Virus record (IMG/VR): IMGVR_UViG_3300043499_000086
Span: 1 to 52,791 of that record
DNA from: a virus
Lineage: Duplodnaviria; Caudoviricetes
DNA: 52,791 nucleotides
Direction: 5' to 3' (one strand)
A model generated the notes under the pieces. The model saw only the letters and a program-made list of their open reading frames with translations, did no database searches and was not told where the DNA came from. Below are positions 18,785 to 27,030 of the stretch, piece after piece (the first letter of the stretch is position 1; every line of letters begins with the position of its first letter). The position numbers and the translations under genes were made by a program.

Positions 18785-18896
18785 GCGGCCCGAGCAGGAG
18801 AAGGGCTCTGCGCTTACCCCGCAATCGTGAGGACGTGCCCCGGAGCCCGACGCGCCCGACCCCCATCGGATCAACTCTGCCCAAAACGAGGACACC

Positions 18897-19244
18897 ATGC
18901 CTGACGAGTGGATGGACGGCTACTCCTGGGGCTACCTACACGGGCTCGAACAGGGTCGCGCTGAGGGTGGCGACCTGCGAGATGCCGAATGGAACGAGCG
19001 GTTCGGTGAGGCTGTACGGATCGTCCACGCTGCGGCACAGTGGCCGGATGCAACACGGGCCGCGCGAATGGAACGGATGAACGAAGCCCAGCGCAAGATC
19101 AACAAGCGTCTCGAACAGATACGGGAGCGGCAAGGCACGACGAAAAGCGGCAAAGAGGAGGAGGAGCCCTGGACCCCGGTTCCTCAAGGGCAGGTCCTAC
19201 GCAGCACCACCGGAGAGGGAGAACGATGGAGTTCCACGAGTTGA
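18897..19244 (+). CDS. hypothetical protein
   Basis: GAGGA RBS; 115 aa. Confidence 0.55.
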   Translation: MPDEWMDGYSWGYLHGLEQGRAEGGDLRDAEWNERFGEAVRIVHAAAQWPDATRAARMERMNEAQRKINKRLEQIRERQGTTKSGKEEEEPWTPVPQGQVLRSTTGEGERWSSTS

Positions 19245-20074
19245 CCAACGTCCACGTCTACGACGCGGGCTATGTCCGCGGGCTACCGCGCGAGGCGCAG
19301 GCGGGGCTGCACGCGGTGACCCTGGAGTGGGACGGACACGCCGAGCGCAGATGGTGCACCTTCACCGGGAACGCGGCGGACCTCGTCGCGGAGTTGCAGA
19401 TGCTCGGGTGTTCGGCGCGCACCCACGAGGGGACACCCGGCCCGTACCGCCAGCCGGTCACGATGATGACGCCCGAGGAAGCCGAGATGGCGGTCACCGA
19501 GATGACCGGGCTGTACGGGATCATCGAGACCCGCGTGCTGCGCCTGACCCACCTCGCCACCGAGTTCGTCAAGCGCCGGGGCTGGGTGGCCCTGGGGTAC
19601 GACAGCCTGGAGGAGTTGAGCCGGGAGCGCCTGCCCTTCCAACTGCCGACACAGGTCCGCAAGGACATCGTCATGCAGTTGGTCGCGGACGGGATCAGCA
19701 TGAGGGCGGCGGCAACCATCACCCGCAGCAACGAGCGGACGGTGCGGCGCGACGTGGCCGAGGCAACTGCGGCAAATGCCGCAGTTGTCCCCGACAGGTT
19801 GGTCGGCCAGGACGGGAGGGATCGGCCCGCCCGACGCACTTATGACCCCGTAGAACCCACCGCCATCTGGACGCCGACGCCCGAGCCGGAGCCGGAGCCG
19901 GAGGAGCCGATGTCCCCGGTGACATTCTTGTCACCCCGAGGGGACGCGCGGGTCGAGGCGGTCCTGACCGGGTTCGCGGACGACAACATCACCTCCACCG
20001 AGTCCCGGATCGCCCTGCTCCGGGGCGCGTGCGACGCCTGGCTGGACCGCCAGGGCTGGCAGGTATCGAGATGA
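19226..20074 (+). CDS. helix-turn-helix DNA-binding protein
   Basis: RGWVALGYDS.EE motif, then L.ADGISMRAAATITRSNERTVRRDV (HTH); contains both palindrome types. Confidence 0.75.
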   Translation: MEFHELTNVHVYDAGYVRGLPREAQAGLHAVTLEWDGHAERRWCTFTGNAADLVAELQMLGCSARTHEGTPGPYRQPVTMMTPEEAEMAVTEMTGLYGIIETRVLRLTHLATEFVKRRGWVALGYDSLEELSRERLPFQLPTQVRKDIVMQLVADGISMRAAATITRSNERTVRRDVAEATAANAAVVPDRLVGQDGRDRPARRTYDPVEPTAIWTPTPEPEPEPEEPMSPVTFLSPRGDARVEAVLTGFADDNITSTESRIALLRGACDAWLDRQGWQVSR

Positions 20075-20255
20075 CCCCCGAGGGGGCGAGTCGCTCAGCG
20101 GCCCGTACAGCGGTTCCTTGCCCCTCCTGCTGGACCCTCGACTGCGAGAACTGCACGGGAGTAGTCGAGGAGAAGGGCCTCAAGGTGCGCTGCCCGTGCG
20201 CCGAGGCCGGACACGACGGCTACTGGGATGACAGCGTCGAGCAGTACCGCGTGCG

Positions 20256-20585
20256 ATGAGCAAGATTCCGAAAGAGGCCCGCTGGCTGGTGCACCGCCGC
20301 CAGCGGGGACTCTGCTTCCGGTGCATGATGCCGGGCGCTGAGTGGCACCACCGCCGCGGACGCTCGGTAGTTGACGACCACACCCACTGTCCGTGCAACG
20401 GCGTCCTGCTGTGCGCCACCTGCCACCGCTGGGTGCACCTGCACCCGACCCGCGCCGAGGAGGCGGGGCTGATCGTGTCCCGCGCCTGCAAGGAACCGTG
20501 GGACCGCGCCCTTCACGGCTTCGATGGGTGGTGGGGATTCGACTGCAAGGGGCAAGCCCACGCACTTAATGGCACCCAACATTGA
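20256..20585 (+). CDS. HNH endonuclease
   Basis: CFRC...HHRR...N.VLLCATCH..VH. Confidence 0.85.
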   Translation: MSKIPKEARWLVHRRQRGLCFRCMMPGAEWHHRRGRSVVDDHTHCPCNGVLLCATCHRWVHLHPTRAEEAGLIVSRACKEPWDRALHGFDGWWGFDCKGQAHALNGTQH

Positions 20586-20588
20586 CCA

Positions 20589-20617
20589 TTGCGCACACAC
20601 CCGTAACGCACTAGGAT
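20589..20617 (+). promoter_or_regulatory. putative promoter for the recombination genes
   Basis: TTGCGC-17 bp-TAGGAT; palindrome 36 bp downstream. Confidence 0.55.
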
Positions 20618-20693
20618 GGATGTACGCGCAGGCGACCACCACCACCTTGCCGGGGTGACAGATATGTCACCCCCCTATGAGAGGAATGGCTAC

Positions 20694-21299
20694 ATGGCGC
20701 AACGAGTTCGACCCCCATCCCCCGGCCTGACCACCGAGCAGGTTGACCTGCTGCTCGCGGACCTGCACCCCGCCCGTGTCATCAAGCGGCAGCAGGGCGG
20801 ATCGACCCTGTCCTACCTGGAGGCCCACGACGTGCGGGCCACCCTCATCCGGGTGTTCGGCTTCGCGCAGTTCGACATCGAGACCACCCGCGTCGAGGTC
20901 ATGGACGTGTCCCGGCGCAACCCGGACGGCACCGGCAACTACGTCGTCACCGCGCTGGCCCAGGCCCGGCTGACCATCCACACCACGGGTGCCGTCTACT
21001 CGGACGTGGCCGCGGCGACCCAGGTCGGCCCGGTCCTCGGGGACACGATGGACTTCGCCGTCAAGACCGCCGCCTCCGACGCGATGAAGCGGTGCGCCGC
21101 CAACCTCGGCACCCAGTTCGGCCTGTCCCTCTACGCCCAGGGTGCGACCAGGGACCAGGTGCGGTTCACGGTGGACCCGGACCAGTGGCACCCGCGCCCC
21201 GAGCGTCAGCCGATGAGCCAGGAGGTCCAGGACATGGTGGCCCGCGCAACCATGCCCAACGACGGCGAGCCGGTCGTGGCCGAGGCGATTGAGTCGTGA
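20694..21299 (+). CDS. Rad52/Rad22-family ssDNA annealing protein (Sak-like)
   Basis: LSYLEAHDV...L..VFGF...A.K.A.SDAMKRCA..LG.QFGLSLY. Confidence 0.88.
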   Translation: MAQRVRPPSPGLTTEQVDLLLADLHPARVIKRQQGGSTLSYLEAHDVRATLIRVFGFAQFDIETTRVEVMDVSRRNPDGTGNYVVTALAQARLTIHTTGAVYSDVAAATQVGPVLGDTMDFAVKTAASDAMKRCAANLGTQFGLSLYAQGATRDQVRFTVDPDQWHPRPERQPMSQEVQDMVARATMPNDGEPVVAEAIES

Positions 21300-21461
21300 G
21301 CCCGCAAGACGGAGACACGGGCTTCACCCCGCTGGCCGAGGCTGCGGGCCAGATACACGAGTTGTTCAAGACCCTTGTCGCCCAAGGGTTTACGGAGTGG
21401 CAGGCGCTCCGCCTGCTGGCCGTGTTCATGGCCGAGACGATGCAGAACCAGGCGGGCAGCG

Positions 21462-22550
21462 ATGAGTGAGGAGTACGCCACTCAGGTCACCGAGTGGCAG
21501 GAGGCGGGCTTCCCGGACCCACCCCCCGCCATGAACCTGCGCGCCGAACAGACGGCGCTCTGGCTGGCCGACCAGGTGGAGCAGTCGATCATCGACTTCG
21601 GTGACCAGTCCGAGCGGTCCAAGCAGTCGAGCAGCCACGTCCTCGGGGTCTCCGACATCGGAGGGTGCCGCGAGTACGTCCGCCGCATGATCCTCAACGA
21701 CCCGTTCACCGACCACCCGAACGCCTACGCGCTGGCCTCGTTCGTCGGCCACGCCGTGGGCAACTACGCCGAGGGTGCCCTCTCCAAACACTGGGCCTTG
21801 GAGCAGGTTGATACGCAGTTGGAGGTGCGAATCGAACTTCCCAACGGGGTCACCCTGCGCGGCCACCCCGACCTGGTGAGCAGCAACATGTGTGTGGACT
21901 TCAAGACGGTGGACGGGCTCGGGGTGGTTCGCAAGGGAGCCAGGGCGCAGCACCGCTGGCAGGTCATCCTCTACACCGCCGCGCTCATCCTCATGGGCAG
22001 GCTGCCACCGGACGCCCTGTGCGCCCTGGTCTACATCGACCGCTCCGGCAAAGAGACCAAGCCGCACGTCGAGGTGTGGCAGTACGACGCCAAGGCGCTG
22101 GACGAGATCGTGGACTGGGTTGACGACGTGATCTACGCGCTGGCCCACGGTGAGGAGACCAGCCGGGACAAGCCGCGCGAGTTCTGCTACGCCGCCTGCC
22201 CCTACGTCACCGCCTGCCGTGGGGGTGACACAGATGTCACCGGCCTCATTGACGACGAGGAGCAGGTGCTCGCCGTCAAGACCTACCTGGACGCCGCAGG
22301 GCGGGAGAGGCAGGCCAAGAGGGACAGGGAGAGCGCGGCTGCCGTTCTCTCTGGCGTCAACGGCTCGACCGGGGAACACTCTGTCCGGTGGGTCAACGTC
22401 CCTGAGCAGACCATCGAGTCGTTCCGTCGCAAGGAATACCAGCGGCTCAACATCACCCCGATCAAGAGCCGAAAACCACCACGGGAGAGGAAACAAGATG
22501 GACCCGGTACAGGAGAGCCAGCAGGAGCAGGGGAAGCATCGGATGGATGA
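21462..22550 (+). CDS. Cas4/RecB-like PD-(D/E)XK exonuclease
   Basis: SDIGGC...GHPD...DFKT...Q...Y and C-terminal C...CPY...C; next to the annealase. Confidence 0.82.
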   Translation: MSEEYATQVTEWQEAGFPDPPPAMNLRAEQTALWLADQVEQSIIDFGDQSERSKQSSSHVLGVSDIGGCREYVRRMILNDPFTDHPNAYALASFVGHAVGNYAEGALSKHWALEQVDTQLEVRIELPNGVTLRGHPDLVSSNMCVDFKTVDGLGVVRKGARAQHRWQVILYTAALILMGRLPPDALCALVYIDRSGKETKPHVEVWQYDAKALDEIVDWVDDVIYALAHGEETSRDKPREFCYAACPYVTACRGGDTDVTGLIDDEEQVLAVKTYLDAAGRERQAKRDRESAAAVLSGVNGSTGEHSVRWVNVPEQTIESFRRKEYQRLNITPIKSRKPPRERKQDGPGTGEPAGAGEASDG

Positions 22551-22685
22551 CGAGCCGACCACCGTGCAGGAGGAACTCCACGTCCTGCGCAACCTCGTGG
22601 ACCTGCTGGAGGACATGGACCCCAAGGCCCGCTCTCGCGCAGTCGCCTACCTGTTCGACCGCTACAACGACAGGAGCCCCTGGTA

Positions 22686-22916
22686 ATGGACGGCGAGGAC
22701 CTGATCGCTCGGCCGGAGAACGTCTGGATCGAGTACAAGGACGGGACCAGCGCGCACCTGTCGCTGATCTACACCGGCCAGGACGAGGACGGCCTGTTCG
22801 TCTGGGAGGGCATCGACCCGTACCCGGAGAAGGCGAGCCCGCGCCTGCGCTTCGACGCGCTGCCTGCCCACACCACCGTCAAGGTGCAACGGGACAGTCG
22901 CAGCCGCCGCTCATGA
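22686..22916 (+). CDS. hypothetical protein
   Basis: AGGAG RBS; coupled ORF. Confidence 0.55.
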   Translation: MDGEDLIARPENVWIEYKDGTSAHLSLIYTGQDEDGLFVWEGIDPYPEKASPRLRFDALPAHTTVKVQRDSRSRRS

Positions 22917-23299
22917 CGACCTACGCCGACTACCCCACCGTTGACCAGCCCACCCAGCACGTCGGACCACCACCGGGCCTGACCATCGAGGAGGCGTTCG
23001 AGGCGTTCCACGCCGCGAACCCGCACGTCTACCACGCCCTGGTCAGCATGGCGTGGCAGGCCAAGGACCGGGGCATCCGCCGTGTCGGCATCGGCATGAT
23101 GTTCGAGGTGCTGCGGTGGAACCACGCGCTGCGAACAGGTGGCGACGAGTTCAAGTTGAACAACAACTACCGGTCCTACTACGCGCGCCGGATCATGCTG
23201 GACGACCCTCGGCTTGAGGGTCTGTTCGAGACGCGGGCGCTGCACTTCCACACGCCGGTCGTCCTCGACCCACCATGCGAGGACGACGACCCGCTATGA
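22913..23299 (+). CDS. phage hypothetical protein (F..FH..NP.VY...E.LRW...FKLNNN...YAR...FE.R)
   Basis: Recognisable widespread phage motif; function unknown. Confidence 0.75.
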   Translation: MTTYADYPTVDQPTQHVGPPPGLTIEEAFEAFHAANPHVYHALVSMAWQAKDRGIRRVGIGMMFEVLRWNHALRTGGDEFKLNNNYRSYYARRIMLDDPRLEGLFETRALHFHTPVVLDPPCEDDDPL

Positions 23300-23601
23300 A
23301 GGAACGGCAGGTCCGGGGTGAGGGCTGGGAGATTCAGCCCATGATGGAGGTCGAAGCCCCGAACCGGCGCAAGGGCGAGGGCGGGCGTCAGCGGGCGCTG
23401 CCCACGGTGGACTGGGCCACCTGCCCGACCTGCCACTCCACCCGGAAGATCGGGCTGGTGCGCTCGGGGAAGCACTACGTCTGGAAGATTCACGACCGCA
23501 CCACGATGAGCAAGGCCAAGATGGTCTGCCCGTCCAGCGGCACCGCCATCTGCCAGGCCCCAGGAAGGGCAGCCGGAGACCCGACCTGCCCTCATGGGTG
23601 A
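23296..23601 (+). CDS. hypothetical Cys-rich protein
   Basis: ATGA coupling; stop inside a palindrome copy. Confidence 0.55.
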   Translation: MKERQVRGEGWEIQPMMEVEAPNRRKGEGGRQRALPTVDWATCPTCHSTRKIGLVRSGKHYVWKIHDRTTMSKAKMVCPSSGTAICQAPGRAAGDPTCPHG

Positions 23602-23634
23602 CAGGTTTGTCACCCCCACCACGGAGAGGAAACG

Positions 23635-24024
23635 ATGACCGAGAGAGTGCTGGCAACCCGTGTGGGTACGGAGGTCCCCACCTACCTGTCCGGACACGGT
23701 CCCTGTGACCGGTGCGGACGCCGCATCCAGACCGGCCGGAACACCGGCCTGCACCTGTGCCGCAGTTGTCGGCACGACAAGCGATACATCCAACTGGTCA
23801 AGCGAGCGGGAGAAGCAATGAGCAACAACTACTACGTCACCGGCACGGTCACCTTCGGCGTCGGGGCCTGGGTCCAGGGGGCGCACGAGGCCGACGCCAT
23901 GCAGGACTTCATGGCGATGATCGAGACCTTCGTCCATGAGGGCCTGCGTGACGACGACACCGTCTCCGACTTCCGGTGGACGAACATGGAGGTCCGCCCA
24001 CCGGAATCGGTTGCTACCGGCTAG
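23635..24024 (+). CDS. hypothetical protein, last rightward gene
   Basis: CCACCACGGAGAGGA RBS; CxxC pairs; its stop overlaps the convergent endolysin stop. Confidence 0.6.
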   Translation: MTERVLATRVGTEVPTYLSGHGPCDRCGRRIQTGRNTGLHLCRSCRHDKRYIQLVKRAGEAMSNNYYVTGTVTFGVGAWVQGAHEADAMQDFMAMIETFVHEGLRDDDTVSDFRWTNMEVRPPESVATG

Positions 24025-24770
24025 TCCTTGATGGTGATGCCGCGCCCGGCGAACAGGTGCTCTGCCTGCTTGCGTCCCACATAGGACGTGCCGGGTGCGT
24101 CATTGCCGAACCCGTGCTGCTGCTGGCACAGGATGACCTCGTGGTCGGTCTTGTCGAAGTAGTTGCCGGTCGTCGGCAGGTCGGACCCACCGTTCAGCGG
24201 GTGCGCGTTGAGCGCGTCCTGGAGGTACCAGACGGAGTCGCTGTCTTCCTGGCCGTACTTGAGTTTCGACAGGTGCACCGTGTTGGACGTGGGCTTCGGG
24301 TACTCCCCGCCGCCACCGCCGCCACCGGACGAGCCACCGTGGTTGATGACCGGGGCCGGGTCCGCGACGACGCCGCAGTTCCACACGCCCTTGGTGCCGG
24401 GGTGGTACTCGAAGTGCAGGTGCGGGCCGGAGACGTTGCCCTCCGCGCCGACGTGGGCGATGATCTGGCCGAGGGTCACGCGCGTCCCGTCCGCAGGGCG
24501 GTCGGTGGTGTGGGCGTAGAACACCTCGTCGTTGCCGAACGGCTGGCCGGGGTCGGGCGAGATGGCGAACTGGTGGTTGCCGAACGCGCTGCCGTAGTTG
24601 CGGTGCCTGATCTCACCGTCGATGGCGGCGGCGATGGGCGTGCCCTTGCCGCAGGCGTAGTCAACGCCCGTGTGGATGCCGTTGCCGTTGCTGTCCTCCT
24701 GGCACGACCAGTACGAACCGCGCTTGCCGTAGGGGGTCGAGATGCCGACGCCGGGAACTGGGCTGGTCAT
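24021..24770 (-). CDS. endolysin: M23 peptidase plus peptidoglycan-binding domain
   Basis: HTGVD...YAH...GN.SGPHLHFE, Gly linker, LKYGQ..DSV..LQ.AL. Confidence 0.9.
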   Translation of the reverse strand: MTSPVPGVGISTPYGKRGSYWSCQEDSNGNGIHTGVDYACGKGTPIAAAIDGEIRHRNYGSAFGNHQFAISPDPGQPFGNDEVFYAHTTDRPADGTRVTLGQIIAHVGAEGNVSGPHLHFEYHPGTKGVWNCGVVADPAPVINHGGSSGGGGGGGEYPKPTSNTVHLSKLKYGQEDSDSVWYLQDALNAHPLNGGSDLPTTGNYFDKTDHEVILCQQQHGFGNDAPGTSYVGRKQAEHLFAGRGITIKD

Positions 24771-24935
24771 CTACTTCTCCTCGCTCGTGTCAGCGTCCTG
24801 GCGGTCATCGACCGCGTCCTTGAGGTCCTCCAGGCGGCCGGACCACGGCTCGCGCTCGGCCAGCGCCTTCTGGTCGCGGAGGTCCTCGTCACGCTCCTCT
24901 TTGCTGCGCTTGGTCAGGTTCTTCTCGGTCGCCAC
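24771..24935 (-). CDS. small charged protein (54 aa)
   Basis: GTG with AGAGGAG RBS. Confidence 0.55.
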   Translation of the reverse strand: MATEKNLTKRSKEERDEDLRDQKALAEREPWSGRLEDLKDAVDDRQDADTSEEK

Positions 24936-24997
24936 GATTACTCCTCTGAGGTGGTGGGTGACATGTTTGTCACCCTCAGCGTAGGCGGCTGGGTGGA

Positions 24998-25525
24998 CTA
25001 CTGCGCCAGGCAGACAAACATGGTGACCTGTCCGCCTGGGGCGTTTAGTGTCAGAGACTCCGCAAGGAAGCCGGGAGGGCAAGCCATCTCGGTGCTTGCC
25101 GGACCAGGCGGGCCGGACGGACCCGCCTGTCCGGTAGGCCCGCTCGGACCCGAAGCCCCTGGAGGTCCGGGTGGTCCAGCAGGTCCCGTGGGACCAGGGA
25201 CCGTACTCGCTGGACCAGGCGGTCCGGGCGGGCCGCTGACGAACGCTCCCGGTGACCCGCTCGAACCGTTCGTTCCGTTGCGTCCGGGCGCTCCGTCCTC
25301 ACCGGCCGCGCCCGGTAGCCCGTCCGCTCCATCGCGCCCAGGAAGGCCCGCAGGGCCCTGCGGTCCCTGTGGTCCCTGTGGACCGGGAACGACCGCAGGC
25401 GGGCTCGTGGACGACGGGAGCGGGGTGACCTGGGAGACGGGCTGAGTAGCCAGGACGCCAGTGACCAGGAGCCCCGACGCCAGTCCGCAGCCAGCCAGGA
25501 CGTACAGGATCGTGCTGGGCTTCAC
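24998..25525 (-). CDS. membrane-anchored collagen-like protein
   Basis: N-terminal hydrophobic helix; long G-X-Y run; C-terminal Cys pair. Confidence 0.8.
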   Translation of the reverse strand: MKPSTILYVLAGCGLASGLLVTGVLATQPVSQVTPLPSSTSPPAVVPGPQGPQGPQGPAGLPGRDGADGLPGAAGEDGAPGRNGTNGSSGSPGAFVSGPPGPPGPASTVPGPTGPAGPPGPPGASGPSGPTGQAGPSGPPGPASTEMACPPGFLAESLTLNAPGGQVTMFVCLAQ

Positions 25526-25776
25526 TCCGGCTCCGGCTCCCGGTGCCGCCCCGTGCTGCCGTTCAACGCCTCCGACTTCCCGGCCAGCAGGCCGAGCAGC
25601 GCACCGATGATCGCTGAGATGGCCGAGGCCAGCGCCTGGACCGCGACACCCGTGTCCGCGGCCGGATCGCGTATCTCCACGACGGCGACGGTGGTGCCCA
25701 ACCCCAGCAGCAAGAGCCCGGCAACGAGCGTGAAGACCAGGACGATCAACTCAATGACCGAGCGGTGAGCGAACAT
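25522..25776 (-). CDS. two-TM membrane protein, holin candidate
   Basis: Two hydrophobic helices; lies in the lysis region. Confidence 0.6.
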   Translation of the reverse strand: MFAHRSVIELIVLVFTLVAGLLLLGLGTTVAVVEIRDPAADTGVAVQALASAISAIIGALLGLLAGKSEALNGSTGRHREPEPE

Positions 25777-25779
25777 GCG

Positions 25780-26817
25780 CTACTCGTTGAAGTAGGTGAC
25801 GGAACCCTTGAGGTCCGAGTTGCCCTGGAACGGCCAGGTGCCAGGACGGTTCGGGACACCGGTACCAGGCCGGTTGGAGGAGTCGCTGCTCTGGGCCAGC
25901 CAGACGTTCGCGTTGCCGGGGTTGGCAGTCCACCACCGGATGCACTGGCAACTGGAGTTGGCCTCGACCAGCGCCTGCCAGTACGCCCAACCCGAGGCGT
26001 GCAGGAAGCCGGACCCGTACATGGAGTCCATAGCCGCTGCCGCTCCGATGGGTACGGGCGGGTTGTCCACCCGGAACTCGCCGTAGCCGAGGTTGCCACC
26101 CTCGCCAATGTGGAACGAGAAGTTCACCGCGGTCTGCGCACCCTGACGCATGTAGGTGCCCTTGGCGGCACCGCCCGAGCCGAGGCTCACGCCGGGGAAA
26201 TAGCCGGAGGTCAGGTGCGGCGTCCACAACTGCGGCTTCGTGTCGTACATGCGCCACTTGCCCGGCGAGCCCGGCATCCAGAAACCCCACGCCTGGGTGT
26301 CGGTCTCGATGATCCGGTCGTAGGACGCGGGCGCACCGGGCCGGGTACCAGACGTGCAGATGGTCCAGCCCGTGGGGGCCTTGAGGCCGCTGGGACCGGA
26401 GGTGATCCCGCCTGCCGGGTCGAGCAGCACGCCCAGAACCGACCCCGCCGTGCCGTCGCCCTTGAGGGTGATGTCGTGCAGCACCGCGCCGGGAGTACCC
26501 GACTGCGGGATCGCCGCCTTCCAGGCCGGGGAGGGCGAGGTGACGTAGGTCAGGACGTAGCCCGCGACCGGCGAGGGCGCGTCCACGTCGGTCAGTTGGT
26601 CCAGCACCATGTGGACGTTGCAGACGATCCGGTACGGGTCAGCCGAGGTGCCCGAGCCGGTCAGCACCAGGTCCGCGGTCGGGCTGTTGCCGACCGACAT
26701 GACCGGGCCGTGGACGACGAACGGGTTGTCCTGGGAGCCCGCCCCGGTGACGCTGATCCCACCCGCTCCGGTGACCAGACAACTGCACGATCCTGAGGCG
26801 CACCCGCAACGGGCCAT
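25780..26817 (-). CDS. minor tail protein
   Basis: Cys-rich N-terminus with VTG.GS..NP.V repeats; synteny. Confidence 0.7.
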   Translation of the reverse strand: MARCGCASGSCSCLVTGAGGISVTGAGSQDNPFVVHGPVMSVGNSPTADLVLTGSGTSADPYRIVCNVHMVLDQLTDVDAPSPVAGYVLTYVTSPSPAWKAAIPQSGTPGAVLHDITLKGDGTAGSVLGVLLDPAGGITSGPSGLKAPTGWTICTSGTRPGAPASYDRIIETDTQAWGFWMPGSPGKWRMYDTKPQLWTPHLTSGYFPGVSLGSGGAAKGTYMRQGAQTAVNFSFHIGEGGNLGYGEFRVDNPPVPIGAAAAMDSMYGSGFLHASGWAYWQALVEANSSCQCIRWWTANPGNANVWLAQSSDSSNRPGTGVPNRPGTWPFQGNSDLKGSVTYFNE

Positions 26818-26914
26818 AACGGTCCTGCTTCCTGCCGGTTCTCACGGCCTGGGGCTCCATCCCTGGGGTGACAGGTTTGTCACCCTGGGCGGTCGTCGTA
26901 CTGGGTTGAGGGTC

Positions 26915-27028
26915 TCACCTCCGGCCCGCCTTGACCATGACCACGACGACCACGATTACCAGGACGACCAGCGTGAAGAAGCCGATACCCACGCCGATGG
27001 CCTCGTCATTGAGGAACGGCTCGAACAC
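26915..27028 (-). CDS. small single-TM protein (37 aa)
   Basis: Strongly hydrophobic stretch with a basic C-terminus. Confidence 0.45.
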   Translation of the reverse strand: MFEPFLNDEAIGVGIGFFTLVVLVIVVVVVMVKAGRR

Positions 27029-27030
27029 CG

